Shown here: positions 1 through 8,341 of the stretch, in pieces
Layout: each line of letters opens with the position of its first letter
Position numbering within the stretch: position 1 is the stretch's first letter
NCBI GenBank assembly: GCA_041288095.1
Contig: JBGGMJ010000022.1
Coordinates: 4,925 to 68,924, forward strand
Source: Myxococcota bacterium
GTDB taxonomy: Bacteria; Myxococcota; XYA12-FULL-58-9; JALHOP01
DNA length: 64,000 bases
Direction of reading: 5' to 3'
Translations under genes and position numbers: made by a program
The notes under the pieces: generated by a model
The model's database searches: none
What the model saw: the letters and a program-made list of their open reading frames with translations, nothing else
Told to the model about the DNA's origin: nothing

Positions 1-124
1 GGTCGAGCGCCTGCACCTGCTCGCGCAGGTCCGGAGCTTCCATCAGCTTGTCTGCCCGCCGCGATAGCGAACGCGCGAGATCGGCGCGGAAGCGTGTCAA
101 CGTGATGACGTTGATTTCACTCAT
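1..124 (-). CDS. Partial CDS (N-terminal ~41 aa, runs off left edge); hypothetical, MSEINVITLTRFRADLARSL...
   Basis: ATG at 124..122 lies 3 nt downstream of the stop of the 128..1069 gene on the same strand. Open to the window edge. GC3-rich codons. Confidence 0.3.
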   Translation of the reverse strand, partial: MSEINVITLTRFRADLARSLSRRADKLMEAPDLREQVQALD

Positions 125-127
125 GTG

Positions 128-1069
128 TCAGTTGTTCGCATTGTCGCGCCGCTGCAAGACACCTACGAGCTCATTGGAGAGAGCGTGGACGTCGTCTTCT
201 TCGGCGGGCTCACCGGCGCTCTCGGGGGTCGAGGCGGCCTGGGCTTCCGGCGGCTTCTCGGCGGGCGCACGCGGCGCCGGCGGGGCACTCTCGCCCTTCA
301 GGGCCGCGAGCTCGCTCACCGCGTCGTAGTATTGGCGACCGATGGTGCCGAGCTTGTCGTTCAAGACCTCGACGCGGCTCTTCGTCACCAGATCGGCGCG
401 GCGATAGTCGTCGACCTTCTTCTTCATGCGGCGCTGCTCGCCCAGAGCGTCACGCAGGTCGGATTCGAGCTTGCCCAAGCGGGTCGCGAGCTCACCGTTT
501 TCCCTGGTCACGTTTTCGAGCTTGCGAGTCAGCTCGCTGTCCGCCGAAGCGGCCGCCGGCTTATCGGCGCTCGGCTCTCGGACTTCGGCTATAGGCGCTC
601 CGTCATCCGCCTTCGCCTTCGAGCTCTCGGTCTTCATCGCCCTCGGCTTGTCTTCTTCCACATGCTCGAACGCCGGCCGCGCGACCAACTGCTTCTCACG
701 CTCCTCGAGCTTCGCCTCGAACGATGACTTCGTCTTCTTGGCGTCTTCCTGGAGCGCGAAATTCTTCTTCTTGAGCGCGCCGATCTCTTTCTTGATCTCG
801 GTGAGCTCCTCACCGCGCTGGTCGAGGAGCTTGGTGTTCTTCTTCTGTTCGGCCGCGGTGTGCTTGAGTTGCTCTTGCAGCGCCGCGTTTTCGACCAGGA
901 GCGAGGCGACGCGAGCCGACGAGGCCTTGGCCTTCGACAAGCCTGAAAGCCAGAGAACGAAGGCAATGACGGCCAAAGCGAGCGCGGCGAAGGCGATTGG
1001 CATAAGGCGCGGGTTCTGCCGCTCGCCACTATCCCTGTCAAGACGAGGGGCCGTTTTGCGGCGCCGCAA
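128..1069 (-). CDS. Membrane-anchored coiled-coil protein (hypothetical)
   Basis: 313-aa ORF. N-terminal hydrophobic helix (IAFAALALAVIAFVLWL) followed by long K/E-rich heptad-like coiled-coil. The true start may be the internal Met at about 1003. Confidence 0.6.
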   Translation of the reverse strand: MRRRKTAPRLDRDSGERQNPRLMPIAFAALALAVIAFVLWLSGLSKAKASSARVASLLVENAALQEQLKHTAAEQKKNTKLLDQRGEELTEIKKEIGALKKKNFALQEDAKKTKSSFEAKLEEREKQLVARPAFEHVEEDKPRAMKTESSKAKADDGAPIAEVREPSADKPAAASADSELTRKLENVTRENGELATRLGKLESDLRDALGEQRRMKKKVDDYRRADLVTKSRVEVLNDKLGTIGRQYYDAVSELAALKGESAPPAPRAPAEKPPEAQAASTPESAGEPAEEDDVHALSNELVGVLQRRDNANN

Positions 1070-1093
1070 GCTTGATATACAACGGCGCTACGC

Positions 1094-3346
1094 TTGGAAG
1101 TCTTTGGCCGCTACCGTCTTCTCGATCGTGTCGCCGTCGGCGGCATGGCCGAGGTGTTCCTGGCGCGCACCTCGAGCATCGACGGCTTCGACAAAGACCT
1201 CGTCATCAAGCGCATCCGCCCGGAGCTGACCCGCGACGAGACCTTCGTCTCCATGTTCATCGACGAAGCCCGTGTCTCCATCGCCCTGTCGCATCCCAAC
1301 GTCGTGCAGGTCTTCGACTTCGGCTCCGTCCCGACCGACGACGGTAACAGCTACTACCTGGCGATGGAGTTCGTGCGCGGCTGCGACCTCGGTGCGCTGC
1401 TGCAGCTCGACGAGTTCGACGCCAAGGGCCTGCCGCCAGAGGTGGCGCTCTATTGCGTTGGTCAGATGTGCCGCGGCCTCGACTACGCGCACAACCTTAA
1501 GGGCCGGCACGGCGAGCCGTTGCAGGTGATTCACCGCGACATCAGCCCCCGCAACGTCCTCTTGAGCTTCGACGGTGGCGTGAAAATCGCCGACTTCGGC
1601 ATCGCCAAGGCCAAGAACCGCATCAGCCAAACCCAGCCCGGCATGGTGCTCGGCAAGCTCGTCTACATGGCACCCGAGCACGCGACCGGCTTGGAAATCG
1701 ACGCGCGCGCCGACGTCTTCTCGACCGGCGCCGTACTCTGGGAGCTGCTCACCGGCCATCAGCTCTACGGCGGGCAGCTCACACCCGAAGCCATGAATCG
1801 CATCCGCATCGCCGATGTCGAGCGGCCCTCGGTCTACACCAAGCGCATCGGACGCAAGCTCGACGCGCTGGTGATGAAGGCCCTGGCGCGGGACTCGGAC
1901 GAGCGCTTCCTGTCGGCGCGTGAGTTGGGCGTCGCTATCTCGGAGCTCCTCGTCAAAGAGTACCGCTCGTTCAGCGACTATGACCTCCAGGCCTTCCTCG
2001 ACGAGCGCAAGCACCTCCTGCCGTCGCACAGCTTCGAAGCCTTCTCCGACGAGCCGGCGGCACCGCCGGCGCCCGAGCCGGCCGTCGTGCTGCTCGAGCA
2101 GGTAAAGCAACCCCTCGTAAGGTCGGGCACGAGCCTCGCCTATCCCGATCCAGCGCATGCCCAGGCGAGTCATGCCTTCTCGTGGAGCCCGGACTTCGTC
2201 GACGCGGTCGAGCAGTTTCGCGAGCGGCCGAGCATCTGGGCCCTCGTGCACATGGCCGACCTTTGCCGGCACGAAGGCCAGAACGACGCCGCGCTCGCCA
2301 TCTATCGCATCGCCGCGCTTACGTTCGCGCAGCACGGGCTGCTTACCCAAGCGATGCTCTGTTGCCGCGGCGCCCTCGAGAGTCGGCGCGACGAGACGAC
2401 TCGCGCGATGATCACGCTCGTGCCGCGCTGCGCGTTCGCTTCAGCGGATACGATGCGCAGCGTCTTGTTCGCGAGTAGCGGCCCCGTCGAAAGTCTGATG
2501 ACCGAGCTCCTCGATCTCGCGCCGGTTCGCATCGGCCGCGCCGAGAGCCCGACCAAGCTCCTCACCGAGCTGTCGTCGAACGGCTTCGCGACGTTGGTGG
2601 AGCGCGCCGAGCTACGTCATGTCGGCGAGGGCGAGCTCATCGTCCGCCAGGGCGACATCGGCCGCGAGCTCTTCCTGATCGCCAACGGCCGCGCGCTCGT
2701 GCACGCCACCAAGCCCAATGGAGAGCGCGTCTACATCGCGTCGCTCACCAGCGGTGATTTCTTCGGCGAGAATGGCTTTTTCACCGGCTCACCGCGCACC
2801 GCCTCCGTCGAGGCGCTCTATCCAGCGCAGGTCTTCGTCATCACCCAAGAGCTGTACGCGAAAGCGGTCGCCGACAACGCCAGGGCGGACGCGACCCTCC
2901 TTGCTTTCTACAAGGAGCGGGTCGTCGACGCGGTGCTCGCGACCTCCCAGGTCTTCGGCTTGCTGCCGCACAGCTCGCGGCGGGCCATGATCGAGCTCTT
3001 CCGCCTGCGCACCTTCGTCGCCGGCTCGATGGTGCTGCGCGAGGGGGAGCCCTCGGACGACATTTACGTCATCAAGAACGGCGAGGCCGAGGTCTTCACC
3101 GCCCACAACGGCGCCCGTACGAGCCTGTCGACCCTCGGCCCGGGTACCTTGTTCGGGGAAGTCGCGGCGCTGCGGGGCATTCCACGCACCGCGTCGATCG
3201 TCGCAAAGAGCGATTTGACCACGTTGGTGCTGTCAAAACGCGATTTCCTGGCAGTCGTCGATGAGCGGCCGGCGGTGCGGAAGCAGGTCATGGACGTCAT
3301 CGCCTCGCGGGTTAGGGAAAACCTCGACAAGCTCATGGCACGCTGA
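1094..3346 (+). CDS. Ser/Thr protein kinase with two C-terminal cyclic-nucleotide-binding (CAP-effector) domains
   Basis: Glycine loop VAVGGMAEVFLA, VIKRI lysine, HRDISPRN catalytic loop, DFG, APE. The C-terminus has two cNMP-binding signatures (FFGE...PRTASV; LFGEVAAL...PRTASI). TTG start. Confidence 0.85.
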   Translation: MEVFGRYRLLDRVAVGGMAEVFLARTSSIDGFDKDLVIKRIRPELTRDETFVSMFIDEARVSIALSHPNVVQVFDFGSVPTDDGNSYYLAMEFVRGCDLGALLQLDEFDAKGLPPEVALYCVGQMCRGLDYAHNLKGRHGEPLQVIHRDISPRNVLLSFDGGVKIADFGIAKAKNRISQTQPGMVLGKLVYMAPEHATGLEIDARADVFSTGAVLWELLTGHQLYGGQLTPEAMNRIRIADVERPSVYTKRIGRKLDALVMKALARDSDERFLSARELGVAISELLVKEYRSFSDYDLQAFLDERKHLLPSHSFEAFSDEPAAPPAPEPAVVLLEQVKQPLVRSGTSLAYPDPAHAQASHAFSWSPDFVDAVEQFRERPSIWALVHMADLCRHEGQNDAALAIYRIAALTFAQHGLLTQAMLCCRGALESRRDETTRAMITLVPRCAFASADTMRSVLFASSGPVESLMTELLDLAPVRIGRAESPTKLLTELSSNGFATLVERAELRHVGEGELIVRQGDIGRELFLIANGRALVHATKPNGERVYIASLTSGDFFGENGFFTGSPRTASVEALYPAQVFVITQELYAKAVADNARADATLLAFYKERVVDAVLATSQVFGLLPHSSRRAMIELFRLRTFVAGSMVLREGEPSDDIYVIKNGEAEVFTAHNGARTSLSTLGPGTLFGEVAALRGIPRTASIVAKSDLTTLVLSKRDFLAVVDERPAVRKQVMDVIASRVRENLDKLMAR

Positions 3347-3363
3347 CAGGCTAGCTGAACAAG

Positions 3364-5871
3364 ATGGCCCGTAAGCCCAATAGCGCCGATGAAAACGCTC
3401 CCGTTCCCGGCGAGCGGCGCGGACAAAGCGGCTTCGAGCCTCACGCGGCCACGACCCAAGAGCTGGCGACGTCGCCCGTCCCATCGAGTCACGAGGACGA
3501 GGAGATGACGACCCATAACGAGCCGCTCGATTCGCTGGAGCCACTCGAGTCCCTCGAGTCGCTCATCGAGAGCTCGACGGCGCACGGCGCCAAGGTCGCG
3601 CCGGCCGCGGCCAGCATGGACTTCGATTCCACGTCGCACGCGCCGCCGCCGGAGGGTGCGATGGCGGCGATTGTCGCCGAGCCCACGCCGGTCGACACAC
3701 CGGTGAGCAACCAGGCGCTCGAAGAGATCGACGATGGGCCGGCCCCCGAGCACACCACCGTCGACGGCGAGCTGCTCAGCAAGATCGCCGCATCTCCGCG
3801 CCGCGAGCAGAGCACCCGTAGCGAACGCGATAGCGCACGCGGTTCCCGCCCAAAGCGGCGCGGCACCGATGTCGATCAGGCCATCGCCGCCGCTGCCATC
3901 GAGGCCATCACGACCAACGCCGATGCCGAGCCCTTCGACGATCAGAGTAAGAGCCAGAGCGTCAGTGTGAGCAGGGGTGATGGCCCCGGTAGCACGGTCA
4001 TCCTCAACGGTGACGAACGGCGCGGTGCCGGCGGCGATCTCGACTCCTCGGCCGTCGGTCGCTTGGGACCCGCTTTCCCCGAGAACGAGGACGATCAGCC
4101 GCGATCATCCGAGATGCCGACGAGCGCTCGTCCGTCCCTCGCACCCGCTTATTCGGGCGACGGACCGCGCAGCGCCATGAAGACGCGTGCCGGCGGCGGC
4201 GGGCCGGGGCTGGCTCAGGGGCCAGGGTCGGGCTCGATCACCGGCGACGTGCCGACCGCCGACGATGACGGCTGGAGCGATTTCCAGGAGGCGAGCGACG
4301 AGTGGGGTCGCAGCGACAGCGTCTCCGCGGTGAAGCCCAGCTCGCGCCGCTCGGTCTCGGCGCAGAAGATACCGAAGCGCAAGCGTGAGACCGGCGTTTA
4401 CGGGCCAAACGAGCGCGAGCATCCCGAGCCCATCGTGCGGCTCATCGTCGTCGCCGCCGAGGACAAGGGACCGATCGAGATTCACGGCGAAGACGTGACG
4501 CTGGGCCGCGAAGCCGACAACCAGGTGGTGCTCAAGGACCCGTCGATCTCGCGCAAGCACGCCCGCCTGACTCGCGTGGAAGACGGCTGGGACCTCATCG
4601 ATCTGCACAGCGGCAACGGCACCTACGTCAACGGCAAGCGCATCGAGCGCGCCCTGGTGAAGAACAACGACGAGATTCGTCTCGGCAGCGCCACGTTCCG
4701 TTTCGCCGACACCAGCGACGGCTTGCGCCCGGTCGATGCCAGCGCCGCGCCCGTGCTCGCCGGCAGCAACCGTGTCGCCTTCTTCGCGCGGCTCCGTGAG
4801 AATCCGCGATTGCGGACAATCGTTTATGGCTCCGCCATCCTGACTTGCGTCTTGCTGGTGGCGCTGGTCGTGATGTTCTCGAACAACGGCGCGTCGAAGA
4901 CCCACGCCGAGGTCTTCGAGTACTACTTGCAGGGCGTCGAGGCGTTCAAACAACGTCACTGGGTCTCGGCCGAGGGGTTCTTCGCCGCGGCGTTGCAGCA
5001 CGATCGCGATCATCAACGTAGCCGGCGTTATCTCGAGGCCATCGCCGTCGAGAAGCGCGCGGAGCAAGCGTTGCTCGCCGCCAAGGATCGCTTGAACGCG
5101 CAGGACCTCTCGGGCGCCTACGAAAACTCGCTGCAGGCCTCCGATTCGCTGTTTTTCGGGGCCGAGGCGCAGAAACTGATCGGCATCGTCGCGCGTGACG
5201 CCGACGAGCGCATCAACCGCGCCCGCTCGGCGCTCGCCAATGACGACAAGACGACCGCTAAAGCGTTGCTCGACGGCCTCGAGTTCTACTCGGCGTATCG
5301 ATCCGACCTGAACGAGCTGCGCAAGCAAGCTGGGCTGCCGGCGATCGCGGGCAGGTCGGTGAACATCTTGCAGCAGTTCGACACACCAACGCCGCGCGAC
5401 GAGCGCAAGCGCCGTGAGAGCGCCGAGCCTCGGGCGGCGGAGACGCGGCCGCGCTCGGCGACCGGCGAAGCCACCGACATCCTCGCGGAGGGTCGCATCG
5501 ACGAGGCCATCTCGAAGTTGCGCGCTCTGGGCGACAACAAGGAGGCGGTCGAGATCATCGACCGCATCGGCAAGTTCGGGTCGCTCTACGACGAGGGTCT
5601 GCAAGAGCTGCGCTTGAAGCGCCAGGAGAACGCCATTCGCCAGCTCACTCAGGCGCTGCAGACGCTCGAGCGGATGACCGGGCAGGGTCGTGGCGAGCTC
5701 TCCAAGAAGGTCCGCGCCGACCTCGCCGACGCGCTGTACCTACGTGCAGTGGCCCAGTACCAGGCAGGAAGCCTCGAAGAAGCTGAAAAAACGCTCAAGT
5801 TGGCGACTAGCTACAGCGACCGTCATCCGCAGTCAGTGAACCTGCTGACCAAGATCCAGACCGAGCGCTAG
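3364..5871 (+). CDS. FHA-domain membrane protein with C-terminal TPR-like helical region
   Basis: FHA signature (VTLGRE..N.VVL.DPSISRKHARL....G.W.L.DL.S.NGTYVNG). Single TM (ILTCVLLVALVVMF). Low-complexity acidic/Pro N-terminus. Sits 18 bp downstream of the kinase. Confidence 0.8.
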   Translation: MARKPNSADENAPVPGERRGQSGFEPHAATTQELATSPVPSSHEDEEMTTHNEPLDSLEPLESLESLIESSTAHGAKVAPAAASMDFDSTSHAPPPEGAMAAIVAEPTPVDTPVSNQALEEIDDGPAPEHTTVDGELLSKIAASPRREQSTRSERDSARGSRPKRRGTDVDQAIAAAAIEAITTNADAEPFDDQSKSQSVSVSRGDGPGSTVILNGDERRGAGGDLDSSAVGRLGPAFPENEDDQPRSSEMPTSARPSLAPAYSGDGPRSAMKTRAGGGGPGLAQGPGSGSITGDVPTADDDGWSDFQEASDEWGRSDSVSAVKPSSRRSVSAQKIPKRKRETGVYGPNEREHPEPIVRLIVVAAEDKGPIEIHGEDVTLGREADNQVVLKDPSISRKHARLTRVEDGWDLIDLHSGNGTYVNGKRIERALVKNNDEIRLGSATFRFADTSDGLRPVDASAAPVLAGSNRVAFFARLRENPRLRTIVYGSAILTCVLLVALVVMFSNNGASKTHAEVFEYYLQGVEAFKQRHWVSAEGFFAAALQHDRDHQRSRRYLEAIAVEKRAEQALLAAKDRLNAQDLSGAYENSLQASDSLFFGAEAQKLIGIVARDADERINRARSALANDDKTTAKALLDGLEFYSAYRSDLNELRKQAGLPAIAGRSVNILQQFDTPTPRDERKRRESAEPRAAETRPRSATGEATDILAEGRIDEAISKLRALGDNKEAVEIIDRIGKFGSLYDEGLQELRLKRQENAIRQLTQALQTLERMTGQGRGELSKKVRADLADALYLRAVAQYQAGSLEEAEKTLKLATSYSDRHPQSVNLLTKIQTER

Positions 5872-5947
5872 GGCGGTCCGACGGGCGTCTAAGCCGGCTC
5901 CGCGCCTGCCATTTTGGCCTCGCGGCCATGATCCTTTGCGTTGATGT

Positions 5948-6598
5948 TTGTCTGAGGCGCGTGCTAAGGCTCCGCGCGTCATGAATCAGGACACTGACCA
6001 GGGCGCTGCTAACGACCTGGACCTGTTCCACGCGGCAAAGCGCGGCAACTACGACGCCTTCGAGCAAATCGTTCGTCGCCACCACGATCGGGTCTATCGC
6101 CTCGCCTTCGGAATGACGAAGAACCAGAGCGAGGCCGAAGAAGTGGTTCAGGACACCTTCCTGAATGCCTGGAAGAGCATCGACTCGTTCCGCGGCGACT
6201 CGAAGCCGGCGACCTGGATTTACCGGATCGCCGCGAACACCGCGCTCATGCGCCTGCGCAGCAAGCGTCGCAACCCGACCCTCGCCTTCGACGAAGTTCC
6301 CAACGGCGCCTCGCTCTCCGGCGAGGTCGAGCTCCTGGGGCCGCCGACGGCTTGGAGCCGCCAGCCCGACGAGAAGCTGCTCACCAGCGAGCTCGGCTCG
6401 GTGATCGACGCGGCCGTCGACCTGCTGCCGGAAAAGTATCGCCTCGTGTTGCTTTTGCGCGACGTCGAGGGCCTGTCGAACGAAGACGTTGCCAGCACCG
6501 TGGGCCTGACGATTCCCACGGTGAAGAGCCGTCTGCACCGGTCGCGCATGTTCGTGCGCGAGCGCCTCGAAGACTACTTCCGAAAAGCATTGACATGA
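5948..6598 (+). CDS. ECF (sigma-70 group 4) RNA polymerase sigma factor
   Basis: Region 2 motifs (YRLAFGMT, EEVVQDTFLNAWK) and region 4 (YRLVLLLRDVEGLSNEDVASTVGLTIPTVKSRLHRSR). Alternative ATG start at 5981. Confidence 0.85.
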   Translation: MSEARAKAPRVMNQDTDQGAANDLDLFHAAKRGNYDAFEQIVRRHHDRVYRLAFGMTKNQSEAEEVVQDTFLNAWKSIDSFRGDSKPATWIYRIAANTALMRLRSKRRNPTLAFDEVPNGASLSGEVELLGPPTAWSRQPDEKLLTSELGSVIDAAVDLLPEKYRLVLLLRDVEGLSNEDVASTVGLTIPTVKSRLHRSRMFVRERLEDYFRKALT

Positions 6599-6831
6599 TC
6601 AGTCGCGAACAAGCCGTCGAGATGTTGACCGACTACTTCGAGCAGCGCCTTGCCCCGGACCTGCGGCGCGCGGTCGAGACCCATATCGCCAGCAACGCGA
6701 CCACCAAACACGTATTCGAGACCTACAAGAAGACCGTGGTCCTTTGCCGCGAGAGCCAGAAGCATCGAGTCGCGGAAGCCGACTTCGCGCCTCGGCTCTT
6801 GGCTTTCTTGCGAGAGCACACTCGTGCCTAG
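6595..6831 (+). CDS. Putative anti-sigma factor (small, 78 aa)
   Basis: ATG overlaps the sigma stop (ATGA). Position and size are typical of ECF anti-sigma N-domains. No CxxC zinc motif seen, so the call rests on context only. Confidence 0.45.
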   Translation: MISREQAVEMLTDYFEQRLAPDLRRAVETHIASNATTKHVFETYKKTVVLCRESQKHRVAEADFAPRLLAFLREHTRA

Positions 6832-8341
6832 CATCAGCCTGTCCATCTATTTGGGGCTCCTGGTCCTGTTGTCGGCCGTTTCGGTCCACCGCATGCTGCT
6901 CGCTTTGGCGGCCAGACGCTTGCGCAACCGCGTCCCCGAGGCGCCGCGCGAGTGGCCCACCGTGCTGGTGCAGTTGCCGATGTACAACGAGCGCTACGTC
7001 GCCGAGCGTTTGATCGACGCCGTCTGCGCGCTCGACTATCCGCACGACAAGCTCTCCATCCAGGTTCTCGACGATTCGAACGACGAGACCATCGAGATCG
7101 CGCAGGCGCGGGTCGAGCTCTGGAAAAACCGCGGCGTCGACATCGCCTACGTGCGCCGTCCGACGCGCGAGCAGTTCAAGGCGGGGGCCTTGGCCCACGG
7201 TCTCACCCAGAGCACCGCGGAGCTCGTCGCCATCTTCGACGCCGACTTCGTGCCCGAGCCCGATTTCGTGAAGCTCCTGGTGCCGCACTTCAGCGACGCG
7301 GGCGTCGGCATGGTGCAGGCGCGCTGGGGTCACTTGAACCGCCGCTACTCGAAGCTCACCGAGTCGCAGGCGATCTTGCTCGACGGCCATTTCGTCAACG
7401 AGCACGGCGGCCGCGCCGCCATGGGCAGCTTCTTCAACTTCAACGGCACCGCCGGCATTTGGCGCCGCAAGTGCATCGACGAAGCAGGTGGCTGGTCCGG
7501 GCTCACGCTCACCGAGGATCTCGACCTGTCGTACCGCGCCCAGCTCAAGGGCTGGCGCTTCGTCTATCGCCAGGACGTCGAAGTGCCGGCGGAGCTGCCG
7601 CCGGACGTCAACGCCTTCAAGACCCAGCAACACCGATGGGCCAAAGGCTCGACCGAGACCGCTCGTTTGCTCCTGCCGACCATCTGGAAGCACCCGACGT
7701 TGTCCTTCCGGCATCGCTGCGAGGCGACCTTCCATCTCGCGGGCAACATCGCCTATCCGATGGTGCTCTTGCTCGCCGTCCTCATGCCGTTCGCGGTGTC
7801 GAGCCGTTACGAGCTCTTGTCGTGGAAGCTCGCGGTTGTGGACGGGTTGATGTTCGTGGGCTCGGCCGCCTCGTTGATCACGTTCTACGCTCTGGCGGAG
7901 CGGGGCGTGGGTCACGGCGAGCGCATCCTGCGTCGCCTGCCACTGACGTTGGCCCTCGGTGTGGGGCTCGCCGTCAACAACAGCCGCGCCGTCATCGAGG
8001 CCGTCATCGGCAAGCGCACCCCGTTCGCCCGCACCCCGAAATGGGGGGATCGCAAGGCGTCCCGCGTCGATCCTGCCTACCTGCTCTCCGCGAACTGGCA
8101 AGCGTTGGTCGAATTCGTGCTCGGGGTTTACATGGTCGGCGCAATGGGCGTCGCCGCCGCCAACCAGCGGTTCCTGCCGATCCCGTTCATGGCCATCTTT
8201 GCCACCGGATTCCTGCTTCTGGCCTTGGGGTCGCTGCGTAAGGCTTTCATGGGCTTGCGTACCGCGAAAGCTGCATTGACACCGCGTGAAGGCGCGTCGA
8301 CAATCGCAGAGCCGCACCACCCCGCGGCGGATCATGGCTAG
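6824..8341 (+). CDS. Family-2 processive beta-glycosyltransferase (cellulose/chitin/hyaluronan-synthase-like; QxxRW motif)
   Basis: N-terminal TM, D..D, DAD(F) and QQHRW (QxxRW) motifs, 4-5 C-terminal TM helices. GTG start overlaps the anti-sigma stop. Alternative ATG at 6893. Confidence 0.8.
   Translation: MPSISLSIYLGLLVLLSAVSVHRMLLALAARRLRNRVPEAPREWPTVLVQLPMYNERYVAERLIDAVCALDYPHDKLSIQVLDDSNDETIEIAQARVELWKNRGVDIAYVRRPTREQFKAGALAHGLTQSTAELVAIFDADFVPEPDFVKLLVPHFSDAGVGMVQARWGHLNRRYSKLTESQAILLDGHFVNEHGGRAAMGSFFNFNGTAGIWRRKCIDEAGGWSGLTLTEDLDLSYRAQLKGWRFVYRQDVEVPAELPPDVNAFKTQQHRWAKGSTETARLLLPTIWKHPTLSFRHRCEATFHLAGNIAYPMVLLLAVLMPFAVSSRYELLSWKLAVVDGLMFVGSAASLITFYALAERGVGHGERILRRLPLTLALGVGLAVNNSRAVIEAVIGKRTPFARTPKWGDRKASRVDPAYLLSANWQALVEFVLGVYMVGAMGVAAANQRFLPIPFMAIFATGFLLLALGSLRKAFMGLRTAKAALTPREGASTIAEPHHPAADHG

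Noticed and set aside
1088-2350. 420-aa minus-strand ORF
   Set aside because: Antisense to the kinase domain, which has clear catalytic motifs on the + strand.
3520-3570. Short tandem repetition CTCGAGTCCCTCGAGTCGCTC (LEPLESLESL) in the FHA-protein gene
   Set aside because: Only 2-3 imperfect copies inside a low-complexity acidic coding region. Consistent with codon-level repetition rather than a functional DNA repeat.
4105-5604. 499-aa minus-strand ORF inside the FHA-protein gene
   Set aside because: Shadow ORF with Arg-rich, repeat-like junk translation. The + strand frame has the FHA domain.
6952-8241. 429-aa alternative-frame + ORF within the GT2 gene
   Set aside because: Arg/Pro-rich. 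The main frame carries the D,D,D,QxxRW motifs.
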